A DNA stretch of 64,000 nt from an uncultured Alphaproteobacteria bacterium (GCA_944389235.1 CALXLO010000001.1:26956-90955), one strand, 5' to 3'. Positions 1 through 9,765 are shown, counted from the first letter of the stretch. The notes: generated from the sequence alone by a model not told the origin. Numbers and translations are program-made.

Positions 1-81
1 TCGTTAAAACTTCGTGTGGCACTCCTTTGCGTGAACTGTTCCGCTTCGGCTTGCCACCCGAAGCGTAGCAGACGCGAAGGG

Positions 82-155
82 TGGTTGGGGCGCACGGATT
101 CGAACCATGATAAAGAGAACCAAAATCTCTTGTCCTACCATTAGACGACACCCCA
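82..155 (-). tRNA. tRNA-Gln (anticodon UUG)
   Basis: The reverse complement reads TGGGGTGTCGTCTAATGGTAGGACAAGAGATTTTGGTTCTCTTTATCATGGTTCGAATCCGTGCGCCCCAACCA. It has a 7-bp acceptor stem and an anticodon stem AGAGA/TCTCT with loop TTTTGGT (anticodon TTG). It also has a GGTTCGAATCC T-arm and an encoded CCA. Confidence 0.9.
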
Positions 156-253
156 AATGTATGCTTGATTATATATGTCTTTACTTTTTTTGCAATAACA
201 ATTTTTATATTTTTTTGCACTTGAAAAAAACTTAATTGGCATTACATTTATCC

Positions 254-301
254 TTGCTTTTTATTTGTTAAAATATATAATCATTACGATTTTTAATGAT
301 T
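254..301 (+). promoter_or_regulatory. Putative sigma70 promoter and palindromic operator upstream of the marR-efflux operon
   Basis: TTGCTT (254-259), a 16-nt spacer, then TATAAT (276-281). The perfect inverted repeat AATCATTA-N7-TAATGATT (279-286 / 294-301) overlaps the -10 box, about 30 nt upstream of the marR ATG. Confidence 0.35.
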
Positions 302-330
302 GGCATAAAAAACAATAAAAGGGTTCTGTT

Positions 331-780
331 ATGGCACGCAAAGAATTTGTTAAATTATTTGAACAAAACATTTTATTATTCGATAGATTGTCTGATAAAT
401 TAAAGCGCGCGCCTGCGTTTTTGGCTGGTTTCCCGCGCCAGCAATTAAGTGTTCTGGTGCGTTTGCATCTGGGGGGACCTGATTTATTAAAGGAAATTGC
501 TCGGCGTGAAATGCTGACCGCGCCGAATTTATGCGCTGTGTTTCGTAAATTGGAACATGATGGTCTGGTTGCGCGCAGAATTGATGAAAAAGACAGACGC
601 AATACTTGGTATTCTGTGACCGATGCGGGCGAAAAAGTTGCGACCCAGGCGATGGATGTGATGCGTGATGCAATCAGTAATTTATTCGCAGGTATTTCGC
701 GCGAAGATGAATTGGCACTGACCGGTGCAATGAAAACAATTAATGATATTTTAACACGGATGGAGATTGCAAATGCGTAA
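331..780 (+). CDS. MarR-family transcriptional regulator
   Basis: 149-aa ORF with a winged-HTH MarR pattern (...LSVLVRLHLGGPDLLKEIARREMLTAPNLCAVFRKLEHDGLVARRIDEKDRRNTWYSVTDAGEK...). It is the first gene of an efflux operon. Confidence 0.85.
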   Translation: MARKEFVKLFEQNILLFDRLSDKLKRAPAFLAGFPRQQLSVLVRLHLGGPDLLKEIARREMLTAPNLCAVFRKLEHDGLVARRIDEKDRRNTWYSVTDAGEKVATQAMDVMRDAISNLFAGISREDELALTGAMKTINDILTRMEIANA

Positions 781-2110
781 ATTAAATTTGTTCGTGGCTG
801 CTTTATGTGCGATTGTGGTACTTGCGCCAGATGCGTTTGCGCTGGATTTGTCGCTGAATAATGCTGTTGATATGATTCTGGCAGAATCGCAAGACCTGAA
901 AAAAGCCGCTGCAAATGTAAAAAAAGCCGAAGCATCGTTAGATGCAGTTAATGCTAATCGCTGGTTTAAGCTGGAAGGTACCGCGACATACATGAATATA
1001 GTTGATATGGAAAATCCGTTGAAATCATACAGTATTGATTTGCCACCTCAGATTATTGGATTAGTTGCGGCAACCACTGGAAAACCAATCAGTAATCCAA
1101 TGGAAATCCCAGACAACATGTTTATGGCCGGCGTAACATTGACCCAGCCTATTTATACTTTTGGTAAAATTGGTAATGCTGTCCAAGGGGTAAAGTCTGC
1201 AATAAAAATGGCACAAGCATCCCAGGAAATAACCCGTCGTGAAGTGCGGTATAGCGCGGTGGATTTATATTGGACTGCCAAGATGACGGATGAAATCGTA
1301 AAAATATCCCAGTCTGATTTGAATGCCGCCCGCGCAGCGAAAAAAAGTCTGACATCGGCGGGACGCGCTAATCGCAGTAATTTGGTAAAAATAGAATCTG
1401 ATATTGCGACCAAGGAAATTAATTTGTCTAATGCAAAGTTTAATCGTGATACTGCGCACAGGATGCTGAAAATTCTGGCGGGAATTGATATTAACGAAGA
1501 ATTAAATTTGACAGACGAATTTCCAAAAACTTTCGCGGAATTGGATGCGGGTGAATTAACATCTACGCCACAGTGGGATGCGTTGAACGAACAAGTGCAA
1601 ATGTATGAACGCAATGCGCGGTCAAAACGCGCAAACGCACTGCCAACATTGGCGGCAACTGCGTCATATAATTATCTTACAATGGACAGTGATTTTTCTA
1701 ATTTGTTCCACAGCGATAGTATTAATACCCAGACTGGATATTGGGGTGTTGCGCTGCAAGTGCCAATTTTCAGTGGTGGGGTAAATATGGCAAACGCCAC
1801 CATAGAGGCAATGAATGCCGAAGCTGCGCGTCAAGACCTGGACAAAGCGAAAAAATTAACCACCGAAGAATATAATCGTGCGATTGACCAATATAATCAT
1901 TTGCGTGGAAACTTAAAGACATTGCAGAACGCGCGTGATTTAGCCGCCAAAGCATACGAATTTTCCAGTGGCCGTTTTGCCGCCGGTCAAACATCTGCGG
2001 TTGAACTGGCCGAAGTTTCAGCGGGCTTGTATCAGCTGGATATGGCGTTGTTGAATGCAAAATATAATATCTTGATGTCTGCGGAATCTGTAAAAAAGTT
2101 AGGTGAATAA
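767..2110 (+). CDS. TolC-like outer membrane efflux protein
   Basis: 447 aa with a signal peptide (...VVLAPDAFA) and the internally duplicated coiled-coil/beta pattern typical of outer-membrane efflux factors. It overlaps the marR stop by 14 nt and precedes the adaptor and RND pump. Confidence 0.8.
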   Translation: MQMRKLNLFVAALCAIVVLAPDAFALDLSLNNAVDMILAESQDLKKAAANVKKAEASLDAVNANRWFKLEGTATYMNIVDMENPLKSYSIDLPPQIIGLVAATTGKPISNPMEIPDNMFMAGVTLTQPIYTFGKIGNAVQGVKSAIKMAQASQEITRREVRYSAVDLYWTAKMTDEIVKISQSDLNAARAAKKSLTSAGRANRSNLVKIESDIATKEINLSNAKFNRDTAHRMLKILAGIDINEELNLTDEFPKTFAELDAGELTSTPQWDALNEQVQMYERNARSKRANALPTLAATASYNYLTMDSDFSNLFHSDSINTQTGYWGVALQVPIFSGGVNMANATIEAMNAEAARQDLDKAKKLTTEEYNRAIDQYNHLRGNLKTLQNARDLAAKAYEFSSGRFAAGQTSAVELAEVSAGLYQLDMALLNAKYNILMSAESVKKLGE

Positions 2111-2111
2111 A

Positions 2112-2708
2112 ATGAAAAAAATAGAAACACAATTAAAATCTCAAAAAGTTAAAAATATTTTATATGGCGCATGTGTGTTCGCGTTGTGTGGATGGTGTGT
2201 GTTTCGTTTTGCCGCCATTGGCGCAGAAAATGCGCGGGCGGTATTTAATCCAGCACGCAATGCATTGGATGTTGGTGCGCCTGTTTATGCGATGGAAATG
2301 CAGCAAAGTGCAGGTGTTTTGCGTGAACCGTTGGAAATTAATAACAATCGCGCGTTAATATCTGGTACGCGTGTCGGTAAATTAGCCGCAGGTCAACGCG
2401 TTGGCAATGGTCAGATTGTATCTGTATCAAATGATATTGACTTGAATACAGGTATGTTTGTTGTTCGTACACGCGGTGCGTCTGATGGTTTGCAATATGC
2501 AGAATTTCAGGCAGACGGGTATTTCGTTCCTTTGTATGCGATTAATGATAATACAGTTATGGTAAATGAAAACGGCATTGCCACGCCACGCAATATCACC
2601 ATTGTTCGTCAGGATGCAGAACTGGCGATGGTTGACGGTCTGAATGATGGCGATGTTGTTATATTATCGCATGTTAATGCTGGGGATAAAGTTCAAATTA
2701 AAAAATAA
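2112..2708 (+). CDS. Unusually short periplasmic adaptor-like protein (membrane-fusion-protein position in the RND operon)
   Basis: The ATG at 2112 is preceded by AGGTGA (2101-2106); the track ORF starts at GTG 2103. It has an N-terminal TM anchor and a beta-rich C-terminal part resembling the barrel/membrane-proximal end of HlyD/AcrA adaptors (...GDVVILSHVNAGDKVQIK). It lies between the TolC-like and AcrB-like genes. Confidence 0.55.
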   Translation: MKKIETQLKSQKVKNILYGACVFALCGWCVFRFAAIGAENARAVFNPARNALDVGAPVYAMEMQQSAGVLREPLEINNNRALISGTRVGKLAAGQRVGNGQIVSVSNDIDLNTGMFVVRTRGASDGLQYAEFQADGYFVPLYAINDNTVMVNENGIATPRNITIVRQDAELAMVDGLNDGDVVILSHVNAGDKVQIKK

Positions 2709-2743
2709 TTAGCGCTTAAATTAGATTACGGGGAGTTTCCAAA

Positions 2744-5700
2744 ATGTTAAAATTTTTTGTACGCAGACCTGTTACAACGGTCATGTTTGTTTTATTCTGG
2801 GTTGTTTTGGGTTTAGTATCGTTCCCAAAGATGAATATAGAACGCACGCCGTCTATTGATTTACCAATGGTTACAGCAACATTTATATATCCGGGTGCGT
2901 CCCCCGCTGAAATAGAATCGCAAATCGTCAAGCGCGCCGAAGATGCGATATCTGAAGTTTCTGAAATTAAAAAAATAACATCACAAGCGTTCGAAAATGG
3001 TGGCTTTGTTATGGCTGAATTTAATATCGGCGTTGATGTTAATGACAAAGCAACCGAAGTAAAAACAAAACTGGATTCATTAATATCTGAATTTCCCGAA
3101 GATATGGAACAACCAGTCGTAGAAAAACTGAATCCGCTGGAACAGCCGGTTGTTGATATAATGATTGCTGGGGACGATTTACGCGAACTGCAAGAATATG
3201 CAGATAATATATTATCTAACAAGTTAACTGGTATTGCCGGGGTTGCCAGTGTTTCTGTATTTGGTGGTGAAACGCGTGCAATTCGTGTCGCGGTTAATCC
3301 AGATTTATTGGCGGCCAACGGTGCGACACTGATTGATGTCGTATCTGCGTTGGGTGCGCATAATTTGAATGTGCCAGGTGGCAAGATTGAATACGGTATG
3401 GATTCATCCAGTGTGCGATTTGTTGGTGAATTTAGCAGTGTTGATGAAATTGCGAATTTACAATTAACTACTATGGAAGGCCAAACATTCAAATTGCGTG
3501 ATGTTGCATCAGTAGCCGATGTTGCACGCGATATTGAAAATGGTGCCCGTTATAATGGTCAAGAAGTTATTATTGCATCTGTGGTAAAATCGTCAGATGG
3601 TAATGCAATAAATGTATCGCGCGCGCTGCGTGAACGCATGCCGGAATTACAAGCAGACCTGGAATCACGCTTTCCGGGTGCGACAATGGAAATAATTTCC
3701 GATTCATCTGTTTCTGTTGCTGATGAAACATACAGCACCATAGAAGGTATTATTCTGGGGGTGTTGTTTACTATATTGGTGTTGTTGGTATTTACACGCA
3801 ACTGGCGTTCAACAATTATCGCAGGGGTTGTTATACCTGCATCATTAATTGCTGGGTTCTTTTTTATGGATTTCAGTAATTTTACAATTAACGCAATGAC
3901 ATTGTTGGCATATTCATCTGCGTTGGGAACATTGGTATCCAATGCGATTATTTTGATTGAATCTGCGTTGCAAGAAATGCGGGCCGGCAAGAACCCCGAA
4001 GATGCCGCAATTGACGGTACAAAAAAAGTCTGGGTTTCTGTGCTGGCGGGTGTTGGAACAAATGTTGTCGTGTTCTTGCCATTGGCATTTATGGGTGGAA
4101 TTGCTGGTCAATTTATGAATCAATTTGGTCTGACAGTTGTTTATTTAACATTATTATCTTTATTATTCTCGTTTACATTAACCCCAATGATGATTGCGCA
4201 GTTTTTGCGCTTGTCAGAAAACAAGAAACAAAACAAGAAATCAGCCGCAAAAACTGTTTCTGCAAAAGTAATATCAAACGAAAAATCTGTGCGTCCATCG
4301 CGTCTGCGTCGTTGGTTTGATTATCAACATTCGCATCCGTGGCGCGTTGTCGCAATTGCTGTGGCAGTGTTAATTGGTTCTGTAATGCTAATGCGATTTG
4401 TTGGTAATGAATTTACCCCAGCCACAGATACAAATGAAATAAATATAACTGTGCGTGCGCCAATGGGTGCGACATACGAAAAATCGTCTGAAATTGCTGA
4501 ACAGATTGAATCCAGGCTGACCGGAATTGACGAAGTCCAGGCTGTGTCTGTAAAAATTGGTGAACGCGGATTGCAAAATATTGCAGTTAAATTAACACTG
4601 GCAGATATCGCAGACCGCAAAAAGTCTGACCAAGAATTAGCGCGTGAAATAATGCCGTTATTATCAGATATCCCAGATGCAGAAATTCAAATAAAAGCCG
4701 GCATGGCAATATCTGCTGGGGCATCATCTGCGGATATCGTGTTAAATGTATATGGCGCAGACGATGCAAAACGCAACGCGTATGCAAATCAGATTTTGGA
4801 CATGATAAATCAAATACCAGAGGTTCAAAGTGCTGTCTTGGCGCAACAGGCCCCAGGTAAAGAAACACGCTTTGTCCCAGACCAAGACAAAATGAATTTC
4901 TGGGGGGTCAGTAATTCGTATGCTGGCATGACTTTGCGTACAGCATTGTATGGTAATGACAGTTATAAATACAAAGAAAATGGTGAAGAATATCCGATAA
5001 TTTTGGAACTGGCAGAACCGTTCAAGACAATGAACATGTTTGACGATGTTTTTGTAAATTCGCAAAAAGGCATGGTTGCTTTGTCTGACCTGGGGTCAAT
5101 TCAGATTGTTGATGCAACCCCAAATATCAGTCGTATTGATAAAAACAGAATAACAGAAATTGATGTTAATATCGGCAAATCAACAATGGGACCAGTCCAG
5201 AAAAAAATAGAAGCCGCATTGGCAAAAATAGACTGGGAATCCGGATATCGTGCTGAATTTGGTGGTATGTCTGAAATCCAAGATGAAACCACCAGTGAAA
5301 TAGGCATGGCATTCTTGCTGGCGGTAATTCTGACATATATGTTATTGGCGGCGATAATGGATTCTTTGGCGCATCCGTTTACGATTGCGACATCTATAAT
5401 AACCAGTTTTGTTGGTGTGTTTGCATTAATGTTTTTATCTGGTTCGTCAATGAATGTTGGTGCGATGTTGGCTTTTGTTATGCTGGTTGGATTGGTGGTT
5501 AATAATAATATTTTGGTATTACAGCCAACAATCAGTCGCATTAAAAATGGTGAACGCGCATACGATGCACTGTGGTCAGAATTAAAATCTAAACAGTCTA
5601 TGATTTTGATGACATCTATTGCGGTTATGACAGGAATGCTGCCACAATTATGGAGTGCCGATGGCTTGAAAGTTGCAATGGCAGCGGTTATGATTGGCGG

Positions 5701-5797
5701 CATGTTTGCCAGTATGGTGTTTACATTTGTTCTGACACCTGCGTTATTCTTTTTAGTGGAACGCGCGCGTCAAAAATTAAAACGCCATCGTAAATAA
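2744..5797 (+). CDS. RND efflux transporter, AcrB/AcrD/AcrF family
   Basis: 1017 aa with two large periplasmic loops and 12 predicted TM segments. N-terminus MLKFFVRRPVTTVMFVLFWVVLGLVSF is typical of the family. Confidence 0.92.
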   Translation: MLKFFVRRPVTTVMFVLFWVVLGLVSFPKMNIERTPSIDLPMVTATFIYPGASPAEIESQIVKRAEDAISEVSEIKKITSQAFENGGFVMAEFNIGVDVNDKATEVKTKLDSLISEFPEDMEQPVVEKLNPLEQPVVDIMIAGDDLRELQEYADNILSNKLTGIAGVASVSVFGGETRAIRVAVNPDLLAANGATLIDVVSALGAHNLNVPGGKIEYGMDSSSVRFVGEFSSVDEIANLQLTTMEGQTFKLRDVASVADVARDIENGARYNGQEVIIASVVKSSDGNAINVSRALRERMPELQADLESRFPGATMEIISDSSVSVADETYSTIEGIILGVLFTILVLLVFTRNWRSTIIAGVVIPASLIAGFFFMDFSNFTINAMTLLAYSSALGTLVSNAIILIESALQEMRAGKNPEDAAIDGTKKVWVSVLAGVGTNVVVFLPLAFMGGIAGQFMNQFGLTVVYLTLLSLLFSFTLTPMMIAQFLRLSENKKQNKKSAAKTVSAKVISNEKSVRPSRLRRWFDYQHSHPWRVVAIAVAVLIGSVMLMRFVGNEFTPATDTNEINITVRAPMGATYEKSSEIAEQIESRLTGIDEVQAVSVKIGERGLQNIAVKLTLADIADRKKSDQELAREIMPLLSDIPDAEIQIKAGMAISAGASSADIVLNVYGADDAKRNAYANQILDMINQIPEVQSAVLAQQAPGKETRFVPDQDKMNFWGVSNSYAGMTLRTALYGNDSYKYKENGEEYPIILELAEPFKTMNMFDDVFVNSQKGMVALSDLGSIQIVDATPNISRIDKNRITEIDVNIGKSTMGPVQKKIEAALAKIDWESGYRAEFGGMSEIQDETTSEIGMAFLLAVILTYMLLAAIMDSLAHPFTIATSIITSFVGVFALMFLSGSSMNVGAMLAFVMLVGLVVNNNILVLQPTISRIKNGERAYDALWSELKSKQSMILMTSIAVMTGMLPQLWSADGLKVAMAAVMIGGMFASMVFTFVLTPALFFLVERARQKLKRHRK

Positions 5798-5800
5798 CAG

Positions 5801-5826
5801 CAGGGTGAAAAGCCCTGTTTTTATTT
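5801..5826 (+). terminator. Intrinsic terminator after the RND gene
   Basis: CAGGG-tgaaaag-CCCTG hairpin followed by TTTTTATTT. Confidence 0.6.
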
Positions 5827-5876
5827 GATAATGATATTTTCAATATGTATAATCAACAAAAACAAAGGTTGTTTAC

Positions 5877-6479
5877 ATGTTAAGAAAAGAAGATGTTGTT
5901 GTGTTTGATTTTGATGGCACTTTGTCTGCGCATGATTCAAACATAGAATTTGCAAAATATTGTTTTCGTAATTCTGGTCGTCCATGGTTGTTTTTACCGC
6001 TGATGGGTTTTGTTGCGATTGTGCGTATGTTGAATCCGGCGGGTATATGGTGGCGGCAAATGATGCGCCGCTTTTTAACGGCAGATATGGTGCGTCGTTT
6101 TGGACCAGATTTTATAAAACAACATCGCCGTGAACGATTTGGCTGGGCTGTGGACCAGGTTAATAAAGAACGCGCTGCTGGGCGCATGGTTATCTTGGTT
6201 TCTGCCAGTCCGGATTATTTAGTTCGTGCATTGGTACGCGATATGAATTTTGATGCAGTTCTGTGTTCGCGTATGGATGATATAAAACCATGGAAGTATG
6301 ACTTTTTGTGTTGGGGTAAAAATAAAGTAATTGCGATGGACGAATGGGCAAAAAAGAATAAAATAATTCCGCATGTCGTGCGTTCTTATTCAGACAGTCG
6401 GTCTGATATGCCGATGATGGAAATCGCGGACGAAGCTGTTTGGGTTGACCGCAAAACAGGGCTAAGAAAATCTGCCTAG
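5877..6479 (+). CDS. HAD-superfamily hydrolase (subfamily IB, SerB-like)
   Basis: 200 aa with HAD motif I VVFDFDGTL at the N-terminus and ...YSDSRSDMPMM (motif IV-like) near the C-terminus. Confidence 0.7.
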   Translation: MLRKEDVVVFDFDGTLSAHDSNIEFAKYCFRNSGRPWLFLPLMGFVAIVRMLNPAGIWWRQMMRRFLTADMVRRFGPDFIKQHRRERFGWAVDQVNKERAAGRMVILVSASPDYLVRALVRDMNFDAVLCSRMDDIKPWKYDFLCWGKNKVIAMDEWAKKNKIIPHVVRSYSDSRSDMPMMEIADEAVWVDRKTGLRKSA

Positions 6480-6512
6480 TGCAAAAATAAATATATCCGT
6501 TATAATCGCATC

Positions 6513-6752
6513 ATGGTTATAACGGATGTTTTATATGATTTAACGGTTGGTACATCTGGCGCAGTTATGGGCGCATTAATAATGTTATTATTTAATACGC
6601 GTAAAACGCGGCGCATGGCAAATGAAATAATTTTACGCCGTCATGACTTGGAAGATTTGCGTCTTGAAAATAATCGTTTGATATCAACCATCAAAGACCG
6701 TGAAAACGAAATCCTGAAATTACAGAAAAAGATTTTGAAACAGAAAAAATGA
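6513..6752 (+). CDS. Hypothetical small membrane-anchored coiled-coil protein
   Basis: 79-aa ORF with one TM (GAVMGALIMLLF) followed by a charged heptad-like segment. No clear RBS. Confidence 0.35.
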   Translation: MVITDVLYDLTVGTSGAVMGALIMLLFNTRKTRRMANEIILRRHDLEDLRLENNRLISTIKDRENEILKLQKKILKQKK

Positions 6753-6758
6753 GTGTTT

Positions 6759-7304
6759 TTATCGTGAATTATTTGTGCCATTAATATAGTTTTGATGTAA
6801 TGTTTGCATTATTTTTTGCACAGTTGCACGCAATACATCTGGTGGGGTAATTGTTGTGTTATGCTGTCCTTTGTTGCGTATGTTGTATTTGGCGGTTATA
6901 GTGTTAATTGTATTTAGTGCCGATGTTGTATCTGTGGCAATTTGTGTGTTCCATTGACGGATTTTTTCTGGTGCAGATTTTATTACATCATCACGATGCG
7001 GACTGGTCATCATTTGGCGTGATATGTTTGCACGATGGGCGGCAAAAACCTGACGCAGGTACATAATAACTGGATTGTCAGGATTTTTCGACATTATAAA
7101 TTGTTTTGTTTGTTGCAATGCTTTATACCATGCCGCACCCAGTGTATTGCCACGCATCCAGTGCGCCGCCGCCAGACTGTTAAACATTTGCAAAAAAGCC
7201 GCCACGATTTGTTCGCAGTCTGTGGCATCAATTTGATTTTTATTAGATGTTTGTGGTTCTTGACCAGAAATTAATTGCATATAATTATTAAATTCATTGT
7301 TCAT
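6759..7304 (-). CDS. Hypothetical protein (no signal peptide)
   Basis: 181-aa ORF with an AAGGA RBS about 8 nt upstream of the ATG. I recognise no motif. Confidence 0.55.
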   Translation of the reverse strand: MNNEFNNYMQLISGQEPQTSNKNQIDATDCEQIVAAFLQMFNSLAAAHWMRGNTLGAAWYKALQQTKQFIMSKNPDNPVIMYLRQVFAAHRANISRQMMTSPHRDDVIKSAPEKIRQWNTQIATDTTSALNTINTITAKYNIRNKGQHNTTITPPDVLRATVQKIMQTLHQNYINGTNNSR

Positions 7305-7458
7305 TTTGACATCCTTTTTATTGTTTTCATGATGCCATCATGGACATCACATAAATATAGTACAAAAATTTACGGTTTCAATATGTGGATAAAATTATTT
7401 TGACTTTATTCCTGTTATATTGCAAGATTCGGACGGCTGAATCACAAACAACGCACTG

Positions 7459-7509
7459 TTGCCAATAATGGGCGGGGCGGATTTAGCCCGCGTTCTTGCC
7501 AATAATGGG
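7459..7509 (+). repeat. Two copies of the 14-nt direct repeat TTGCCAATAATGGG
   Basis: Identical 14-mers at 7459-7472 and 7496-7509 (37-nt period), 40-90 nt upstream of the OMP start at 7546. Confidence 0.8.
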
Positions 7510-7545
7510 GGACGCGTATTTCATCACAAAACATTGAAGGAGTAT

Positions 7546-8529
7546 ATGATGAAAAAAAGTTTGAAATTGGCGGTGGCGGCATCGGTTTTGGCGACACCGG
7601 CAATTGCGGGTAATGTTGAAAATCCGCTGTATTTACCAACATCTGGTGAATTTTATTCAAAAACATCTGCGGGGCTGATGGTAAAGATTGCTGACCATTC
7701 AGTTGCGCACGAGAAAAAAGGTCATGCAGGCGCAACAGAATTTCCGATTTGGCGCGTCCAAGAAGACTTGGGTATCGGTATTACAGACCGTTTGGCAGTT
7801 CGTGGTGCGTTTGCGTACACACATGACGATGATATTAATCGCAAAGGCATGAATCATGGTCGTATTGGTTTGATTTGGCGACCGGTTCAAACGCTGGATA
7901 ATGTTGTTCTAGATATCTATGCCGACGCGCATTTGGGTGGTATAAATAAGATGCGTGGCGCGTATACATCAAATGGTTTCCAGTATGATAACTATTCCAA
8001 CGGTCGTTGGGGCTTTGACGCTGGGGTTCGCTTTGGTAAGACTTGGAGCAAATTAACCACCAGTGCGTTTGTAGAAGTCTTGCAAACATTCGGCAACAGC
8101 CATAATGTTATTGATGTGTCCAGTCTGGGATTGTCGACCGTTGGTGTTCCAGATGAAATTTCTGTGAACTTGAAATCCACGACAGAGGTTAATTTTGGTC
8201 TGAACGCGTTTTATCAGATTGATGACCGTTGGTCTTGGGGTGCCGGTTTCAAATATAATCATCATGCAGACAATGGCGTAAGAAGTCTGGCAACCGAAAT
8301 CAGCAACCCAATGGGTCAGATGGTTGCAAATAAAATGATTGCAGAGTTAGCCGATATGCAAGATGGCTTTGATGAATACATCATCACGCTGTCGGCGGCA
8401 AATCAATTAACAGAATATGCCCAGGTTGTCTTGTATGGCGAATATACATTTGACACGGCACATCCTATGTCGCAAAACGGTACGGATGTCAAAGCCGAAG
8501 TAGGCTTGCGCTTGAACTTAGCGTTCTAG
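7546..8529 (+). CDS. Outer-membrane beta-barrel protein (porin-like)
   Basis: The ATG at 7546 is preceded by GAAGGAG. It has a signal peptide (MMKKSLKLAVAASVLATPAIAG), alternating beta-strand pattern and a C-terminal aromatic signature ...GLRLNLAF. Confidence 0.8.
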   Translation: MMKKSLKLAVAASVLATPAIAGNVENPLYLPTSGEFYSKTSAGLMVKIADHSVAHEKKGHAGATEFPIWRVQEDLGIGITDRLAVRGAFAYTHDDDINRKGMNHGRIGLIWRPVQTLDNVVLDIYADAHLGGINKMRGAYTSNGFQYDNYSNGRWGFDAGVRFGKTWSKLTTSAFVEVLQTFGNSHNVIDVSSLGLSTVGVPDEISVNLKSTTEVNFGLNAFYQIDDRWSWGAGFKYNHHADNGVRSLATEISNPMGQMVANKMIAELADMQDGFDEYIITLSAANQLTEYAQVVLYGEYTFDTAHPMSQNGTDVKAEVGLRLNLAF

Positions 8530-8573
8530 GCATAAAAACAAAGCATAAAAATTAACTAAATATATTGGACATT

Positions 8574-8604
8574 AATCCCGCCGGTATCGGCGGGATTATT
8601 TTTT
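8574..8604 (+). terminator. Intrinsic terminator
   Basis: AATCCCGCCG-gtat-CGGCGGGATT followed by ATTTTTTG. Confidence 0.75.
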
Positions 8605-8679
8605 GATGTTATTTTTACTAAATGCTTTTATCGGACTGGTTTTTATGGTATAATAATTCAAAAGGAAAATGGAAAGGCA

Positions 8680-9765
8680 ATGAAAAAAGTCAGCATTCTT
8701 GCTGCATTGACTGGGGTTTGTTTGATTGCGCCAAGTGCGGCGTTGGCAACCGTGTATCCGGTTTATACTGGGTACCAAGGCACAACAGCCCAGGGGCAGG
8801 TTGTGTACTTGCCAACAAATGCCGGCACCACCAATATTGTTCAAACAGCAAACGCAAACAACGCAGCCAGCCCGACCCGTGTTACTGGTGCATTACCGCG
8901 TGTTGGGTCAAATACGACAAACGCTGGGCGGCAATATTATGAACCGACTGACTTTGACCGATTGGCAGACAGTGGTTTGTATGTTGGTCTGGGTGTTGGC
9001 TATTCTGCCAGTGTCAGTGGCGCTATGTCGGCAGATTATGCCAACGAACAGGGCGGACAATTTGTGCCGGGGGCGTTTCAACCGGCAAACTTTAATACGG
9101 ACACAGTTATACCATTACAATTATCGGTTGGTGCATCAATAAATAACGATTTGCGTGTTGACTTTTCATATTTGCGCTATTCCGGAATCAGTTATCCAAA
9201 CCAGGTTCAATCTGCTGATGGTGTTGGCGGTTTTGTTACTGCCACTGTCGAAGGTGGTGCCGTTACATCAAATGCAACAATGTTAAATTTGTATTATAAC
9301 ATTGACGCGTATACCGGATATTTGGCGGGCGGTATGTTGCGACCGTATATTGGTGCCGGTGTTGGTATCGCGCTGAATACAATTGCAGACTATGTTGTAT
9401 ACGATAATACATTTTATTCTGAAAAAAATCCATCAAACGCGCTGGCGGGTCAGTTAACGGGTATTTCTGATGTGTATGCGTATCATAATGGTGGAACATC
9501 TGAACAATTGGCATTTATGGTCGAAGGTGGTCTGACCACTGATTTAGACGGCGGTATTATATTAGACTTTTTTGTGCGGTACACTAATTTGGGCCAGGTC
9601 AGAACATCAGGCAGTATTATTGTATCCCAGACGGAATGGCTGGGTGATGGTGCCGGTGGTGAATATGCGGCCCCGTATGACAGTGTTTATCATTATACCA
9701 ATTGGTACGAAAGTGCACGGTTAAGCACCATAGATATTGGTATCAGATTAAGATTACAGTTCTAG
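8680..9765 (+). CDS. Outer-membrane beta-barrel protein
   Basis: 361 aa with a signal peptide (...LIAPSAALA), a Gly/aromatic-rich beta pattern and a C-terminal ...GIRLRLQF. Confidence 0.8.
   Translation: MKKVSILAALTGVCLIAPSAALATVYPVYTGYQGTTAQGQVVYLPTNAGTTNIVQTANANNAASPTRVTGALPRVGSNTTNAGRQYYEPTDFDRLADSGLYVGLGVGYSASVSGAMSADYANEQGGQFVPGAFQPANFNTDTVIPLQLSVGASINNDLRVDFSYLRYSGISYPNQVQSADGVGGFVTATVEGGAVTSNATMLNLYYNIDAYTGYLAGGMLRPYIGAGVGIALNTIADYVVYDNTFYSEKNPSNALAGQLTGISDVYAYHNGGTSEQLAFMVEGGLTTDLDGGIILDFFVRYTNLGQVRTSGSIIVSQTEWLGDGAGGEYAAPYDSVYHYTNWYESARLSTIDIGIRLRLQF

Noticed and set aside
42-65. Hairpin CGCTTCGG-8 nt-CCGAAGCG downstream (minus strand) of tRNA-Gln, and a nearby AAGGAG-like sequence.
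   Set aside because: There is no U-tract after the stem on either strand and no start codon or open frame after the AAGGAG. It could be a tRNA processing or termination structure, but I cannot support a call. It is also too close to the window edge.
261-935. 224-aa minus-strand ORF and other antisense ORFs over marR/tolC (350-673, 751-993, 1153-1614).
   Set aside because: They lie entirely antisense to well-supported MarR and TolC-like genes and have low-complexity, Arg/Ser/Cys-rich translations typical of shadow ORFs.
2716-5703. Several 60-258-aa minus-strand ORFs inside the RND transporter gene.
   Set aside because: They are antisense shadows of a 1017-aa gene with clear family features, and have no RBS or motifs.
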